A stretch of DNA of 64,000 nt, from NCBI GenBank assembly GCA_965644295.1, contig CBFFRP010000288.1:581416-645415 (forward strand). Reading direction: 5' to 3'. The DNA comes from Paraphysomonas bandaiensis. Its lineage: Eukaryota > Protista > Chrysophyceae. The notes under the pieces were generated by a model. That model made no database searches, was not told the DNA's origin, and was given only the letters and a program-made list of their open reading frames with translations. Shown here in pieces: positions 51,587-61,771 of the stretch (the first letter of the stretch is position 1; each line of letters opens with the position of its first letter). Made by a program: the position numbers and the translations under genes.

Positions 51587-52981
51587 ATGTTATCAAGTTA
51601 TGAAATAAGAAGATTAGGTCCAAAGGAAAGAGAAAGATATTTCAGACAAAAGGAACTAAATAACTTAAAGATATTATCAGACATCAGCAAGAACATATCA
51701 GAAGAGCAACAACACATACAAGAAGGTATTGAACCAGAAGTAAGAGATAAGAGAACACTAGCAGAGAAAGAAGAAGATAAAGTATTACAATCACAGACAG
51801 CGCAAAAGAACGCTTTAAAGTTGTTTAAAAATGACGGTAATGAAGCACAAGACTTTTTAAATAGGATGAAAGAAGGAAGATATAAAGACTTTGTTGACTT
51901 TAACAAGTATTTCTTAGGTATGTTTTCGTCATTATCAGGTAGGGTTGGTAAAATAAGAGCGCAAGAAATGTATGATTTTGTGTATAGATATCTTGAAAAT
52001 CAAAAGAACACATCAGGAATAAGAAATCTTTTATCATCAGAACAAGAAGTTGATGCAATAATACGACATTTAACTAATATAGCGGGAATATCAAATGAAA
52101 CTAAAAATGATTTGAATGATAGACTTGAAGCACTGCAATTAACTTTAGAATCATTGATTAAAAAGTATGGCGAAAGCAAAGTAAAACAAGCTTATGAAAT
52201 GTCAGATTTACCTGATTTTGATGAAGAAGTTGATGAAGACACAATTGTTCCAGAAATACAAAAGATAGATAAAAAGTCATTAGAAAGTTTCTCAAGACAA
52301 TTTCAAAGTTATCCAGTTATTGACGATTACGAAGAATCAATATCATCAATAACGAATCAAGATGAAGATTTCTATATTGAAAATGATGATTATGACTTTA
52401 GCTTTGACGATGAAAGAGAAGATGATGAAGAAGAGAAAGAAGAGAAAGAGATAAAAGAAGTAAAAGAAGTATATGATGAAAAGACACAACGAGCCATAAA
52501 TAAAGTAAACTCAATGACATTAGAAGAAATGAAAGCAATGTCAGGTAATGTAATAAGATTGATAAGAATATTGAATCAAGGAGGAGATGATTACAGAGAT
52601 AGTTCAACACGAGTTAATAAAGATGATTTAAACGCTTACAATGAAGTTGCACCACTCTTTACACCAAGAGGAGGAAAAGCAACAGGAATACAAAAGAAGA
52701 GTTTATATAAATTTGTCAAAGACTCAGGAATCAAAACGATAGATAGAGTATTAAGAGAAAGAATAGCAGAACAAGAAGGAGATGTCGCAGAAGCAAAACA
52801 ACCAAGAGAACCGAGAAAATCAATTACACGAACTATACATGATATAAGAAGAGAAGAAGAAGAAATGAAAAGAAAAGACGATGAAGATGAAGTAGAAGAA
52901 GAACCACAAGAAGGTGTTTTAAAAGAAGGTAACGGATTGATGATTAGAAAGATAGGAAGTATGAAAGTTAGATTCGGTTAA
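51587..52981 (+). CDS. Hypothetical acidic/coiled-coil viral protein
   Basis: Intact 464-aa ORF within the morphogenesis cluster. Confidence 0.7.
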   Translation: MLSSYEIRRLGPKERERYFRQKELNNLKILSDISKNISEEQQHIQEGIEPEVRDKRTLAEKEEDKVLQSQTAQKNALKLFKNDGNEAQDFLNRMKEGRYKDFVDFNKYFLGMFSSLSGRVGKIRAQEMYDFVYRYLENQKNTSGIRNLLSSEQEVDAIIRHLTNIAGISNETKNDLNDRLEALQLTLESLIKKYGESKVKQAYEMSDLPDFDEEVDEDTIVPEIQKIDKKSLESFSRQFQSYPVIDDYEESISSITNQDEDFYIENDDYDFSFDDEREDDEEEKEEKEIKEVKEVYDEKTQRAINKVNSMTLEEMKAMSGNVIRLIRILNQGGDDYRDSSTRVNKDDLNAYNEVAPLFTPRGGKATGIQKKSLYKFVKDSGIKTIDRVLRERIAEQEGDVAEAKQPREPRKSITRTIHDIRREEEEMKRKDDEDEVEEEPQEGVLKEGNGLMIRKIGSMKVRFG

Positions 52982-53030
52982 TATTCAATAGTATAAAATA
53001 TAATATAATATAATAGTATATTATAGAATA

Positions 53031-53489
53031 ATGGCTATTAAAAAGAACTATAAAAAGTTTTACAAACTACAAATCAATGTAATGAAGCTATTAGATAATA
53101 AGTTAATGATATTGTATGAGACAGGGTCACCTTTCAGCAGATATATAAAGACACGAACAATAAGTCCAGAGTTTGCGAGTGTGTTGTTAAACTTGATAGA
53201 CACAAATGAACTGAACTATGAAACGATAAAACGACTAACAGAAGAAGAGAAGAAGTTATTTAACATCATAATGACACAATCAGGAGCAAAGACAGAATTG
53301 AAATACAAAGAACCAGAACTAACGGAAGAAGATCTGTTAAAGAGATTTGAACTATTACAAGCTAGTATAAGAGCAGGAAACAATAGCAATGAAGTATTAA
53401 AAGAAGGAATAGACATATTGAAAAGATTAAATAAGTTAGGTAGAATTGATGATGACCAGTTAACAGAAATTTTGGAGAGTTTAGAATAA
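53031..53489 (+). CDS. Conserved Polinton-type protein with an RFELLQASIRAGN motif
   Basis: C-terminal R..LL.AS..AGN motif, recalled from Polinton core proteins; directly upstream of the penton. Confidence 0.6.
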   Translation: MAIKKNYKKFYKLQINVMKLLDNKLMILYETGSPFSRYIKTRTISPEFASVLLNLIDTNELNYETIKRLTEEEKKLFNIIMTQSGAKTELKYKEPELTEEDLLKRFELLQASIRAGNNSNEVLKEGIDILKRLNKLGRIDDDQLTEILESLE

Positions 53490-53526
53490 CTATTTGTAAA
53501 ATTATTATATAAGTAAATATTATATA

Positions 53527-54414
53527 ATGTCAGACACAAATTATAACTACAACACAATTATATTAAACAAAAACAATATAGTTCCAGGTTCAAAGAATTC
53601 AGTGTTCAAATATACTTTCAATCAATCATTAAGACTAAACAATTGTTCACTAGCTATTCAAAGTATCAATATGTATTACAGTTGGTTTAACATATCAGAC
53701 TATTTCAGAAATAACAAGTTTTCATATGTATGGTTTGACAATGCAGGAGAATTGAACACAACTATAGATATAACAATTCCAGACGGCTATTATACAGTTG
53801 AATTATTGAATAAGTTTTTACAATCTGAATTAGAGAAAAGAGGTCATTACTTGGTTCAAGAAAGCACGGGAGATTTTGCTTATCACATAGAATTCATTTC
53901 AAATGTAAGTTATTATTCAGTTCAATTGAATGTGTATGCAATGATGACAGAAGCTCAAGCAGGGACAGATTTCGTTAAAGGTTCAGAGACTTGGTCTTAT
54001 CCTTCAACAGCCACAACACCTCAACTAGTTGTTTCAAATTCTTCTTCATTTGGAGACTTAATAGGATATTCTAATGGAACATATCCATCAACAGCGTCAA
54101 GCACAAATACAACTTTTCTATCAGATAAGACGCCGAATATGACGCCTGTTAGCTCTATAAATGTCGTTTGTTCAATGACAACACAAAACGGCTTTAGTAA
54201 TCCTGATGGACTGTTATATTCATTTACAAGTGGTAGTGTTGAATTTGGAGGTATGATAGACAGAGAACCAAAAACGGAGTCTTTTGTTAAGGTGAGAGAT
54301 GCTTTATATTCAAGTTTTACAATAGAATTATACGACCAAGACATGAGAAGATTAGATATAAGAGACGCTGAAACGGTTATAATGTTAATTATTAAGAGTC
54401 CTGATGAAGATTAA
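53527..54414 (+). CDS. Minor capsid protein (penton, single jelly-roll)
   Basis: SINMYYSWFNIS...NNKF...ITIPDGYYTVELLN and C-terminal IELYDQD...LDIRD. Confidence 0.85.
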   Translation: MSDTNYNYNTIILNKNNIVPGSKNSVFKYTFNQSLRLNNCSLAIQSINMYYSWFNISDYFRNNKFSYVWFDNAGELNTTIDITIPDGYYTVELLNKFLQSELEKRGHYLVQESTGDFAYHIEFISNVSYYSVQLNVYAMMTEAQAGTDFVKGSETWSYPSTATTPQLVVSNSSSFGDLIGYSNGTYPSTASSTNTTFLSDKTPNMTPVSSINVVCSMTTQNGFSNPDGLLYSFTSGSVEFGGMIDREPKTESFVKVRDALYSSFTIELYDQDMRRLDIRDAETVIMLIIKSPDED

Positions 54415-54455
54415 AACGATATAGTATATTTTTTTATATAATACTATTATATAAG

Positions 54456-54770
54456 ATGTCATATTATAAAATGGTAGGTGGTAGAATGAGAAGACAAGTT
54501 CTTCCTTCATATGAAGAGTTAATACAAGAAGCAACCAAGAAAGAAGATAAGATAAAAGAAGACCAAAGTGTTCCCGTGATTGTTGAACATAAACAGAAAG
54601 TAGAAAACACAAAGAAACCTAATATAAGTTTGAGTGAGAAACTAATGAGTATCAAAGTGAAACCAAGAACGGAAGGTAAAGGACAAGAAAGAACCAAAGA
54701 TGAGTTATTTGAAAGTGTAAACAATGTGTCAATGGAAAGATTAAAGAAATTTGCTAATTTAAAAGTATAG
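54456..54770 (+). CDS. Small basic viral protein (possible core protein precursor)
   Basis: 104 aa, Lys-rich, with an MVGG/R site. Confidence 0.6.
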   Translation: MSYYKMVGGRMRRQVLPSYEELIQEATKKEDKIKEDQSVPVIVEHKQKVENTKKPNISLSEKLMSIKVKPRTEGKGQERTKDELFESVNNVSMERLKKFANLKV

Positions 54771-54818
54771 AATAATTTATTATAAAATATTTTATAATCT
54801 AAGTGTATATTATACAAT

Positions 54819-56519
54819 ATGGACAAGTTAATAGTTGAACAATCTTTTGAAAAAGCAGAAGAGAATGTAAGTGACTTTGTGGAGTGGGATTATTCTAAAG
54901 TGAGTGATTCACAAACTTCAGGTAATTATTCAAGCAATCAAACAATATTTGAAACTACTACACTCAGTAACAATGGCAAAATAAGTGATTACACGGATGG
55001 ATTTATGTCAATGCCAATGGTTGATGTTGTGACAGGTAAAAATGGTGGGAATGACATTGACTTTACAGCAGCGCACATAAAGGAGAGTGATTTGTTATTA
55101 TGCAGGAAGAATTCAAGTTTAAATATGATAGATTCAGTATCTATTCAATATCAAAATCAAGCAGGAATTCAAGAGACAAGAAATATTAATCAATACTTAA
55201 TCTTTAAACAACATTCAGAAATGTCATTAGATGATGAATATGTAAACGGACCAACAATAGGATACGCTAAAGACACATCGGATTCTTGGAGTTATGACGA
55301 AGCAAATGGTTTAATGAATAATAACAACGCTTTAAATCATTTAAATGGTATTGATTACATCAATAAATGCAATAAAGGAATGTATGAAAGACAACAAGTT
55401 TTTAGTAAGGTTGTTGATACTGCCAATGCATCTAAGAGAGATTCAGTGTTGGGTGATAATGATAAAATTAAAAACATGAATCGTAGTCATGTTGTGAATG
55501 TATCAGTGGATAATTCAAAGTATAAAGCTTACTATTATACTTTGATTATTCGTCTTAAAGATCTTTCAAGTATATTTGAAAAATGTCCTCCTATGAAAGG
55601 TGGTCTTTTCAAAATAACAGTAAATTTTAATCAGTGTATATTCAAAGTGACTAAAACAAATAACGACACATTATCATTTTCTCCAGCAGATTTTAACGGA
55701 AGAGGAACTAATCCTTTAATGGTTTCAAGTTCTCAGTATAAAACTTTGATAGGTGCAGCCAACAACGAATCAACGGCAGGTAATGTAATTTGTGGAGGAT
55801 ACACTATACCAGATGGAACAGTATTAACAATTAGTTGTAACATAGCAAAGCCTCAATTTTACCCACATAATACACTTAACGTCACACCATGTAAAGAACA
55901 GAACTGTTTTCTTCACATTCCTTCTTATATAATGAAACCTGCTCTACAGAAAAGATATTTAGAGAGTCCACAAAAACAAGTTGTATATAATGATGTTGTT
56001 TTATTTCAACTTTTCAATAAATCAGGTCAAATAAATGAACTTATCACAAATGGACTGTCATACGCAAAGAGAATGATTATTTGTCCTTTTATTAGCTCAG
56101 GGGCTAATGGAACAAATCAGATTCACCCGTTTCAATCTCCTTTCAGAACTGAGCCCGCAACCTGTAGTCCTTATACCATTCAAAATTTTCAAGTTAAAGT
56201 ATCATCAAGCAATCTATATCCCAATCAAATCAATTATTCATATGATATGTTTATGAGAGAGCTTAACGGCAAATATGGTGTAAACTCTAACTTAACGACT
56301 GGTTTATGTAGTTCAAGAATCAATTTAAAAGACTTCATTAATACATACGGTTATATCGTAGTTGATTTAAAACGCAAACACACTGACGACGAAAGCGTTC
56401 CTTTATCTATTCAACTTGAATGCAATATAACAAGTCCTAAGCCTCTTGATTTTAATATCTTCATTGAACAGGAGAAATCATTCGGAATTGATGTAGCAAC
56501 AGGAAGAAGAGTAGATTAA
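54819..56519 (+). CDS. Major capsid protein (double jelly-roll)
   Basis: 566-aa beta-rich ORF between penton and protease. N-terminal D...GNYSSNQ..F....LSN.G...D...G....P pattern and C-terminal YGYIVVDL typical of Polinton-like MCPs. Confidence 0.85.
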   Translation: MDKLIVEQSFEKAEENVSDFVEWDYSKVSDSQTSGNYSSNQTIFETTTLSNNGKISDYTDGFMSMPMVDVVTGKNGGNDIDFTAAHIKESDLLLCRKNSSLNMIDSVSIQYQNQAGIQETRNINQYLIFKQHSEMSLDDEYVNGPTIGYAKDTSDSWSYDEANGLMNNNNALNHLNGIDYINKCNKGMYERQQVFSKVVDTANASKRDSVLGDNDKIKNMNRSHVVNVSVDNSKYKAYYYTLIIRLKDLSSIFEKCPPMKGGLFKITVNFNQCIFKVTKTNNDTLSFSPADFNGRGTNPLMVSSSQYKTLIGAANNESTAGNVICGGYTIPDGTVLTISCNIAKPQFYPHNTLNVTPCKEQNCFLHIPSYIMKPALQKRYLESPQKQVVYNDVVLFQLFNKSGQINELITNGLSYAKRMIICPFISSGANGTNQIHPFQSPFRTEPATCSPYTIQNFQVKVSSSNLYPNQINYSYDMFMRELNGKYGVNSNLTTGLCSSRINLKDFINTYGYIVVDLKRKHTDDESVPLSIQLECNITSPKPLDFNIFIEQEKSFGIDVATGRRVD

Positions 56520-56586
56520 ACAAAAGGTTTTTAACATGATAATATTTAATATAAACTAATTATTATCTCAACATAATATATATATA

Positions 56587-57375
56587 ATGCATCAAGTAAA
56601 ACTCAATCTATCTGAAGCTCAATTAAGAAAGTTATCAAACAAACACAATATACAAGTTAGACCCGATCAAATCGGCTTCGGCTTTCCAGTTGCTTTATCT
56701 GACAAGAACTTAAAAAAACTTGAAAACTCTTACAACAAGTCAAAAGGAATGCGATTAACATTAGACGATAATGAAATTGAAGGTGGTAATCTAAAACAAA
56801 ACATCAAAAAAGCTTTCAATAAGACTAAGAAACAAGTTAAAAAAACATTCAAAGATCCAAACTTAGGAAGAAAGGTTAAAAATACTTCAAGAAAGGTTAA
56901 AAATACTGTCAATGATTTTGCTGTTGTTGGTGATTTAGGCATTCCCGTTGTTAGTGATTCATATAATCTATTGAATGCCACAACCCGTTTAGGTGATAAG
57001 TTAGTTAGAAGTGGTGTTGACCATATTGAAGACAGAAAAGATGATAAGAAAAGAAGTCAATTTGTTGATGATTTCAATGCACTGAGAGAACATGCAAATC
57101 AATCTTCAAATCCTCCTCCACCATCTACAGAAGGAAGCGGAAATCCTTATCTTCCATCAAAGCAAGTGAAGAAAGTTAAAAAGAAACTGACTGGTTCATC
57201 ATTTAGAACTTTAGGAGCAGGAGTAGTAGATTTAGATTACAAAGGAAAGAAACCAATTAAACTTAAAGATGATGGAAGTAATCTAGTCAGAGCAGGACAC
57301 CCAGGTTTTGACCCTGTGAGCACTCCATTGCCTAATACTTGTTGCTATTGTCCTCATTGTGGAAAGAAAAAATAA
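56587..57375 (+). CDS. Basic putative DNA-condensing core protein precursor
   Basis: Lys-rich; LSEAQLRKL...KGMRLTL..EIEGG N-terminal motif, adenain-like site and C-terminal CYCPHC. Confidence 0.55.
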   Translation: MHQVKLNLSEAQLRKLSNKHNIQVRPDQIGFGFPVALSDKNLKKLENSYNKSKGMRLTLDDNEIEGGNLKQNIKKAFNKTKKQVKKTFKDPNLGRKVKNTSRKVKNTVNDFAVVGDLGIPVVSDSYNLLNATTRLGDKLVRSGVDHIEDRKDDKKRSQFVDDFNALREHANQSSNPPPPSTEGSGNPYLPSKQVKKVKKKLTGSSFRTLGAGVVDLDYKGKKPIKLKDDGSNLVRAGHPGFDPVSTPLPNTCCYCPHCGKKK

Positions 57376-57392
57376 TATTGATATAATATATA

Positions 57393-57902
57393 ATGGATTA
57401 CACAACAAGCAATAATGATTTAATACATTATCTTATGTTGAAAGGTATAAACCTTAATCAAATAACAAGCAAGAATAAGTTATTAGGCAAAGCTAAGAAC
57501 AGTGGAAACTATATAATAAACTTGCAAGATAGTGATAAAGGAAATGGAACACATTGGGTAGCTTTAAAGTGTTTTAAGAATGTTTGTTTATACTTTGACT
57601 CATATGGAATTGCACCTCCTAAAGAAGTTATAAGTTTTTGTAATAAGAAGAAGTTATTATACTCATGTGACGAAATACAAGGTAGAAAAGATACCTCTTG
57701 TGGATTCTATTGCGTATACTTTCTTTATCATTTCAACAATCTGAAGAGTTACAAAGACAATATAAGAAACTTAGGATATCATTTAAACTTATTCCTTAAA
57801 CCATTTCACACAAACAACACTGAAAAAAATGTGAGAATACTGAAAGAGAGATTCAATAAACTATATGAAAAAGACTTAAAGACTTATTTTAATTCAAGTT
57901 AA
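57393..57902 (+). CDS. Adenain/Ulp1-like cysteine maturation protease
   Basis: GTHWV, YFDSYG and IQ...SCGFYC (His-Asp-Gln-Cys). Confidence 0.92.
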   Translation: MDYTTSNNDLIHYLMLKGINLNQITSKNKLLGKAKNSGNYIINLQDSDKGNGTHWVALKCFKNVCLYFDSYGIAPPKEVISFCNKKKLLYSCDEIQGRKDTSCGFYCVYFLYHFNNLKSYKDNIRNLGYHLNLFLKPFHTNNTEKNVRILKERFNKLYEKDLKTYFNSS

Positions 57903-57945
57903 AGATTTATGTAAATTTTTAATATCATGTTATTATATAATATAG

Positions 57946-58539
57946 ATGAAAAAACTTTCAACTCCCTCGCAACCAAGAGAACCAAGAGAAGCAATGCCGG
58001 AATCATATAAATCTATTGTTGAAGCTAATTCAAATCCATTTGATTCATACAAGGCATTACCTGACATTCAAAACCAAGAACCAGTAAGACAAGAAACAGT
58101 AAGACAAGAAATAAAGAGACAAGAATCCGTTAAAGACTTACCACCTAAGACACTTTATAATCATAATCTTAAACGGCTTAAATCATATAGAAACTTAAGA
58201 AAGAAGTATAAACTAGATAATCAAAAAGCTATCTTCTTAGAGAACTTGAAAGAAACTTTAAAACCTCTTGATCCCAGAAGCAATAAGTATGACAGTGAGT
58301 TATTAGTTGCTGTTTTAGATATTGCTGAATATTTCTTTATCTATGGTGATAGAGACCAAAGAAACGCTATGAAAATGGAAGCTGTTGTTGAACTAATGAA
58401 ACCATACTTTAACAATGATGAAACATACTTATTACACAGTATAAACAATGTAATGTATAGAGTTAAAAAGAGTAATGTATTTAGAAGATTAGCAACAAGA
58501 CTAAGAAATTTTTTTTCAATGATGATGAAAGCTTCTTAA
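57946..58539 (+). CDS. Hypothetical viral protein with a C-terminal amphipathic helix; possible -1 extension to 58625
   Basis: Ends SNVFRRLATRLRNFFS; A3T8 run at 58506-58516. Confidence 0.65.
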   Translation: MKKLSTPSQPREPREAMPESYKSIVEANSNPFDSYKALPDIQNQEPVRQETVRQEIKRQESVKDLPPKTLYNHNLKRLKSYRNLRKKYKLDNQKAIFLENLKETLKPLDPRSNKYDSELLVAVLDIAEYFFIYGDRDQRNAMKMEAVVELMKPYFNNDETYLLHSINNVMYRVKKSNVFRRLATRLRNFFSMMMKAS

Positions 58540-58658
58540 GGGCTCTTCTGAAATCGTTGATTGTTGAGATTCTAGTTAAAGTTATCATTCAAAGAATCTT
58601 TCCAATTCTATTAATAGCATTGTAAAGTTATAAAACATTTTCTTAATCTATTATATAC

Positions 58659-58982
58659 ATGAGTGATTTCGTAATCTGTTTAAAAAACGAATTGTATGCA
58701 ATACCAAAGACTAAGAAACCACAAGTTCAAACTGAAATATCCAACATAGTCAAACAAATTGAAGGATACAAAGCCTTAATCAAAGACTTAGAAATACAAA
58801 AAAGAAAAAAACAAGTTGAACTTCTTAATGAAAGACAACAGATATATTATAAGAATCCAATCAATAGAAATTTACCAAGTGAACAACTTGAAAAAACTAA
58901 AGCTTATGAGAAGAGACAAAAGTTATTAAAAGAATACGATGATTCACACGGAACTTATATAAAACCTGAACAAGGCTATTAG
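58659..58982 (+). CDS. Hypothetical coiled-coil viral protein
   Basis: Intact ORF with a TATTATATAC upstream motif. Confidence 0.6.
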   Translation: MSDFVICLKNELYAIPKTKKPQVQTEISNIVKQIEGYKALIKDLEIQKRKKQVELLNERQQIYYKNPINRNLPSEQLEKTKAYEKRQKLLKEYDDSHGTYIKPEQGY

Positions 58983-59054
58983 TTTGATTGTTACAATGTT
59001 ACATATACATATGTATATATAATACTAACTAACTAATCACAGCAACACTAAAAC

Positions 59055-59240
59055 TTATAAATTATACATCTTCTGATACTTCTCCATAGTAATAATCATC
59101 ATCTTTATATCTTCAATCTCTTTATAACATTTCTTATGATACTCTCTAGACTTCCAATCGTTATTTATACTTCTCATAGCTTTGTTGCAGTGTTTACACT
59201 TTGTTTTAATCTCTTTAGGTTTTCCACTATCTTTAGGCAT
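59055..59240 (-). CDS. Small zinc-finger protein
   Basis: CKHC...HKKC; upstream TATTATATATC motif. Confidence 0.6.
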   Translation of the reverse strand: MPKDSGKPKEIKTKCKHCNKAMRSINNDWKSREYHKKCYKEIEDIKMMIITMEKYQKMYNL

Positions 59241-59307
59241 GATATATAATATGTATATATAATATTTTTTTAAATTGTTTTATATTAATTTATTAATTTA
59301 TATATTA

Positions 59308-60756
59308 TTAATAATATGAACCTACATTAGATATAACTTTCGTCGGTGCTGTCCCTGAATTGGTATATATTATTGTTATCGTTTGTAGTATTGCTCCTGA
59401 TGTTGTTACATTTGAAATGTCTACGTTTGCGAGTCCGCCAGAGACATTTAAAGTTTGTGACACTGTATTAACTTTTAAAGTGTTTATGTGTGCTTTATAA
59501 CTTGATGTATCTATTATAACTGACACTGTGAAAGAAGTGTTTGTTAAGTTACTTGAATTGACATTCGTTATATCAAGTTGAAAGTTTGTGTCTGCTGTCA
59601 ATCCATTGAAATATACAATTGCTCCATTGTTATAATCATATGTCAAAACATCTGATGCAAACGAATATGTTGTGCTGAGTGACTCGCTTATTTGTTTAGT
59701 TGTTATATTGCCTGTTATTGTTCCGCCTGTTAAATTCAATTTTGTATTTTCAAGTGTTGTAATATTACCGTCTATTGTATTTAATAAGTTATCAATTGTA
59801 TCATTAAATGTATAGTCATAAACTAAAGAAGAATTCAATTTATTATTAACATTAATAATGTCATTTTTAGTTAATATATCATTAGTGTTTGTTGTTATTT
59901 GAGTTTGTAAGTTTGTTATATCATTGTCATTGTTTGTTATTTGAGTTTGTAATGATGTTATATCATTATCATTGTTTGTTATTTGAGTTTGTAATGATGT
60001 TATATCATTAGTGTTTGTTGTTATTTGAGTTTGTAAATTTGCTATGTCTGTATCATTGGAATTTATTTGATTCTGCAAATTTGTATCTTCTGTTTGTAGT
60101 GTTGTCACGTCATTTTGTAAGTTTGTTATGTCTGTATCGTTATTAGTAATCTGAGTTTGTAAATTTGCTATGTCTGTGTCGTTATTAGTAATCTGAGTTT
60201 GTAAATTTGCTATGTCTGTGTCGTTATTAGTAATCTGAGTTTGTAAATTTGCTATGTCTGTGTCGTTATTAGTAATCTGAGTTTGTAAATTTGCTATGTC
60301 TGTATCATTGGAATTTATTTGATTCTGTAATATTGTATCTTGAGCTTGTAAATCTGCGACATCAGACTGCAAAGCTGGAATATTAATTAAATCTATGTCT
60401 TGAAGAGCATCAAGACCGTTAAAACTTGCTGTCAATGTGTTTAATTGTGATTGTATAGTTTCATTGGTATTTATTCCGTCTAATGTTTGAATTTCATCTT
60501 CAGTAAGGTTTAATAATCTTGTGTTCATATCCAATAACATCGTGTTCTTTGAATCTGTGAAAGCGACTGTTTGAGGTTCATTATTAATGGTTATGTTCTT
60601 ACCAGAGACGATTTCAACATTCTCCGTAAATCTCGCATTGTCTAATCTTGCATATTCTGCCATGTTTAATATAACTCTTGCTGTTTCTCTCTGTTTAAAG
60701 TTCTCTGCGTTGAATATGGTATTATTACTTGTTTTCGGCTTCGTATATATTGACAT
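59308..60756 (-). CDS. Fibre-like virion protein 2 with a long heptad coiled-coil shaft
   Basis: N-terminus MSIYTKPK...FNAENF, (DIANLQTQITNNDT)n, KLNLTGGTITGNI and a beta-rich head. Confidence 0.75.
   Translation of the reverse strand: MSIYTKPKTSNNTIFNAENFKQRETARVILNMAEYARLDNARFTENVEIVSGKNITINNEPQTVAFTDSKNTMLLDMNTRLLNLTEDEIQTLDGINTNETIQSQLNTLTASFNGLDALQDIDLINIPALQSDVADLQAQDTILQNQINSNDTDIANLQTQITNNDTDIANLQTQITNNDTDIANLQTQITNNDTDIANLQTQITNNDTDITNLQNDVTTLQTEDTNLQNQINSNDTDIANLQTQITTNTNDITSLQTQITNNDNDITSLQTQITNNDNDITNLQTQITTNTNDILTKNDIINVNNKLNSSLVYDYTFNDTIDNLLNTIDGNITTLENTKLNLTGGTITGNITTKQISESLSTTYSFASDVLTYDYNNGAIVYFNGLTADTNFQLDITNVNSSNLTNTSFTVSVIIDTSSYKAHINTLKVNTVSQTLNVSGGLANVDISNVTTSGAILQTITIIYTNSGTAPTKVISNVGSYY
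59880..60330 (-). repeat. 42-bp coding tandem repeat (about 10-11 units)
   Basis: Unit GTCTGTGTCGTTATTAGTAATCTGAGTTTGTAAATTTGCTAT, several exact copies. Confidence 0.9.
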
Positions 60757-60803
60757 CTATATATAATATAACAACATTATTATATTCTATAATTAAATTA
60801 GGT

Positions 60804-61394
60804 TTACAATTTTGTTTCGTAGTTTATCTCAATTCTGGTATGAGATGACATTGAAAATTTCTCATAGGCATCGAATGAGGGTATTCTAAGAGTTTTGACG
60901 TTAGCATCAAAGTCAAGATTTTTTACGAAATAAGGAATTTTAACTATTTTTACATCTCCATAGATATACATATCAAGTTTTTCAATTGAATTTGGTAAAT
61001 TTGTTATATTTTTATTAGCTTCATCATTTGTGTCATCGACTTTCAAATCTGTAATTGAATTTGGCAAATTGTTCAGAAACATATGATAAGGTAATACACG
61101 ATTTATCCCAATATTTTTAAGTTTGTTGCTTAAGTTATTAACGTAATTATCGCATGGGAATATTGATATTTCAAGTGAATGTATGTTTAGTTTATATGAT
61201 AATTGATAAATTTGTTTTCTTATAGTTATATCATCTACATAAATGCCAATTTTTAATGTCTCGCAATTTTCTATTTCATTTATCAATTCTATTTTGTTTA
61301 GCAATCGTCCAAATGTATTCGCCACTGGCAAATACATCTCATCAGCTATAACTCGTAATTCTGTTTCAGACAACTTTTTCAATTCAAGGCTCAT
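60804..61394 (-). CDS. FNIP/IP22-repeat-like protein
   Basis: FLNNLPNSITDL, ITNLPNSIEKL and KIPYFVKNL repeats. Confidence 0.65.
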   Translation of the reverse strand: MSLELKKLSETELRVIADEMYLPVANTFGRLLNKIELINEIENCETLKIGIYVDDITIRKQIYQLSYKLNIHSLEISIFPCDNYVNNLSNKLKNIGINRVLPYHMFLNNLPNSITDLKVDDTNDEANKNITNLPNSIEKLDMYIYGDVKIVKIPYFVKNLDFDANVKTLRIPSFDAYEKFSMSSHTRIEINYETKL

Positions 61395-61455
61395 AATACA
61401 ATATAATATGTTTATATAATATTTCTTTAAAACATTTTAAAACATTTTATAATAA

Positions 61456-61674
61456 TTATTCATTTATTTGATTCTTCCTTTCTTCAATCATCTTCTTCTC
61501 TTCTTGTGTTCGTTTACATAATGCTGTCTTATAGTGTAACTTGATTCTATTCTTGCAAACTTGTCTGTCACATAACTCACATTTGACCTTTTCACAATTG
61601 TAAGCTATAAGTTTATCTCTGTTCTTCTTGTAGTATTCTTTCTGATATGCAATGTTCTTTTCTGACTTATTCAT
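61456..61674 (-). CDS. Small basic zinc-finger protein
   Basis: YQKEYYKKNRDKL...CELC...H...C. Confidence 0.65.
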   Translation of the reverse strand: MNKSEKNIAYQKEYYKKNRDKLIAYNCEKVKCELCDRQVCKNRIKLHYKTALCKRTQEEKKMIEERKNQINE

Positions 61675-61771
61675 ATTATTAATAATACTATATATTTTTA
61701 TTTTTTTAAATTACTTTATATAAAATTAACGCAAATGTATCTTTCATATTTTATATATACTTATTATATAT

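Noticed and set aside
59880-60330. Regular repeats as a CRISPR array
   Set aside because: Contiguous in-frame coding repeats with no unique spacers, and no cas genes.
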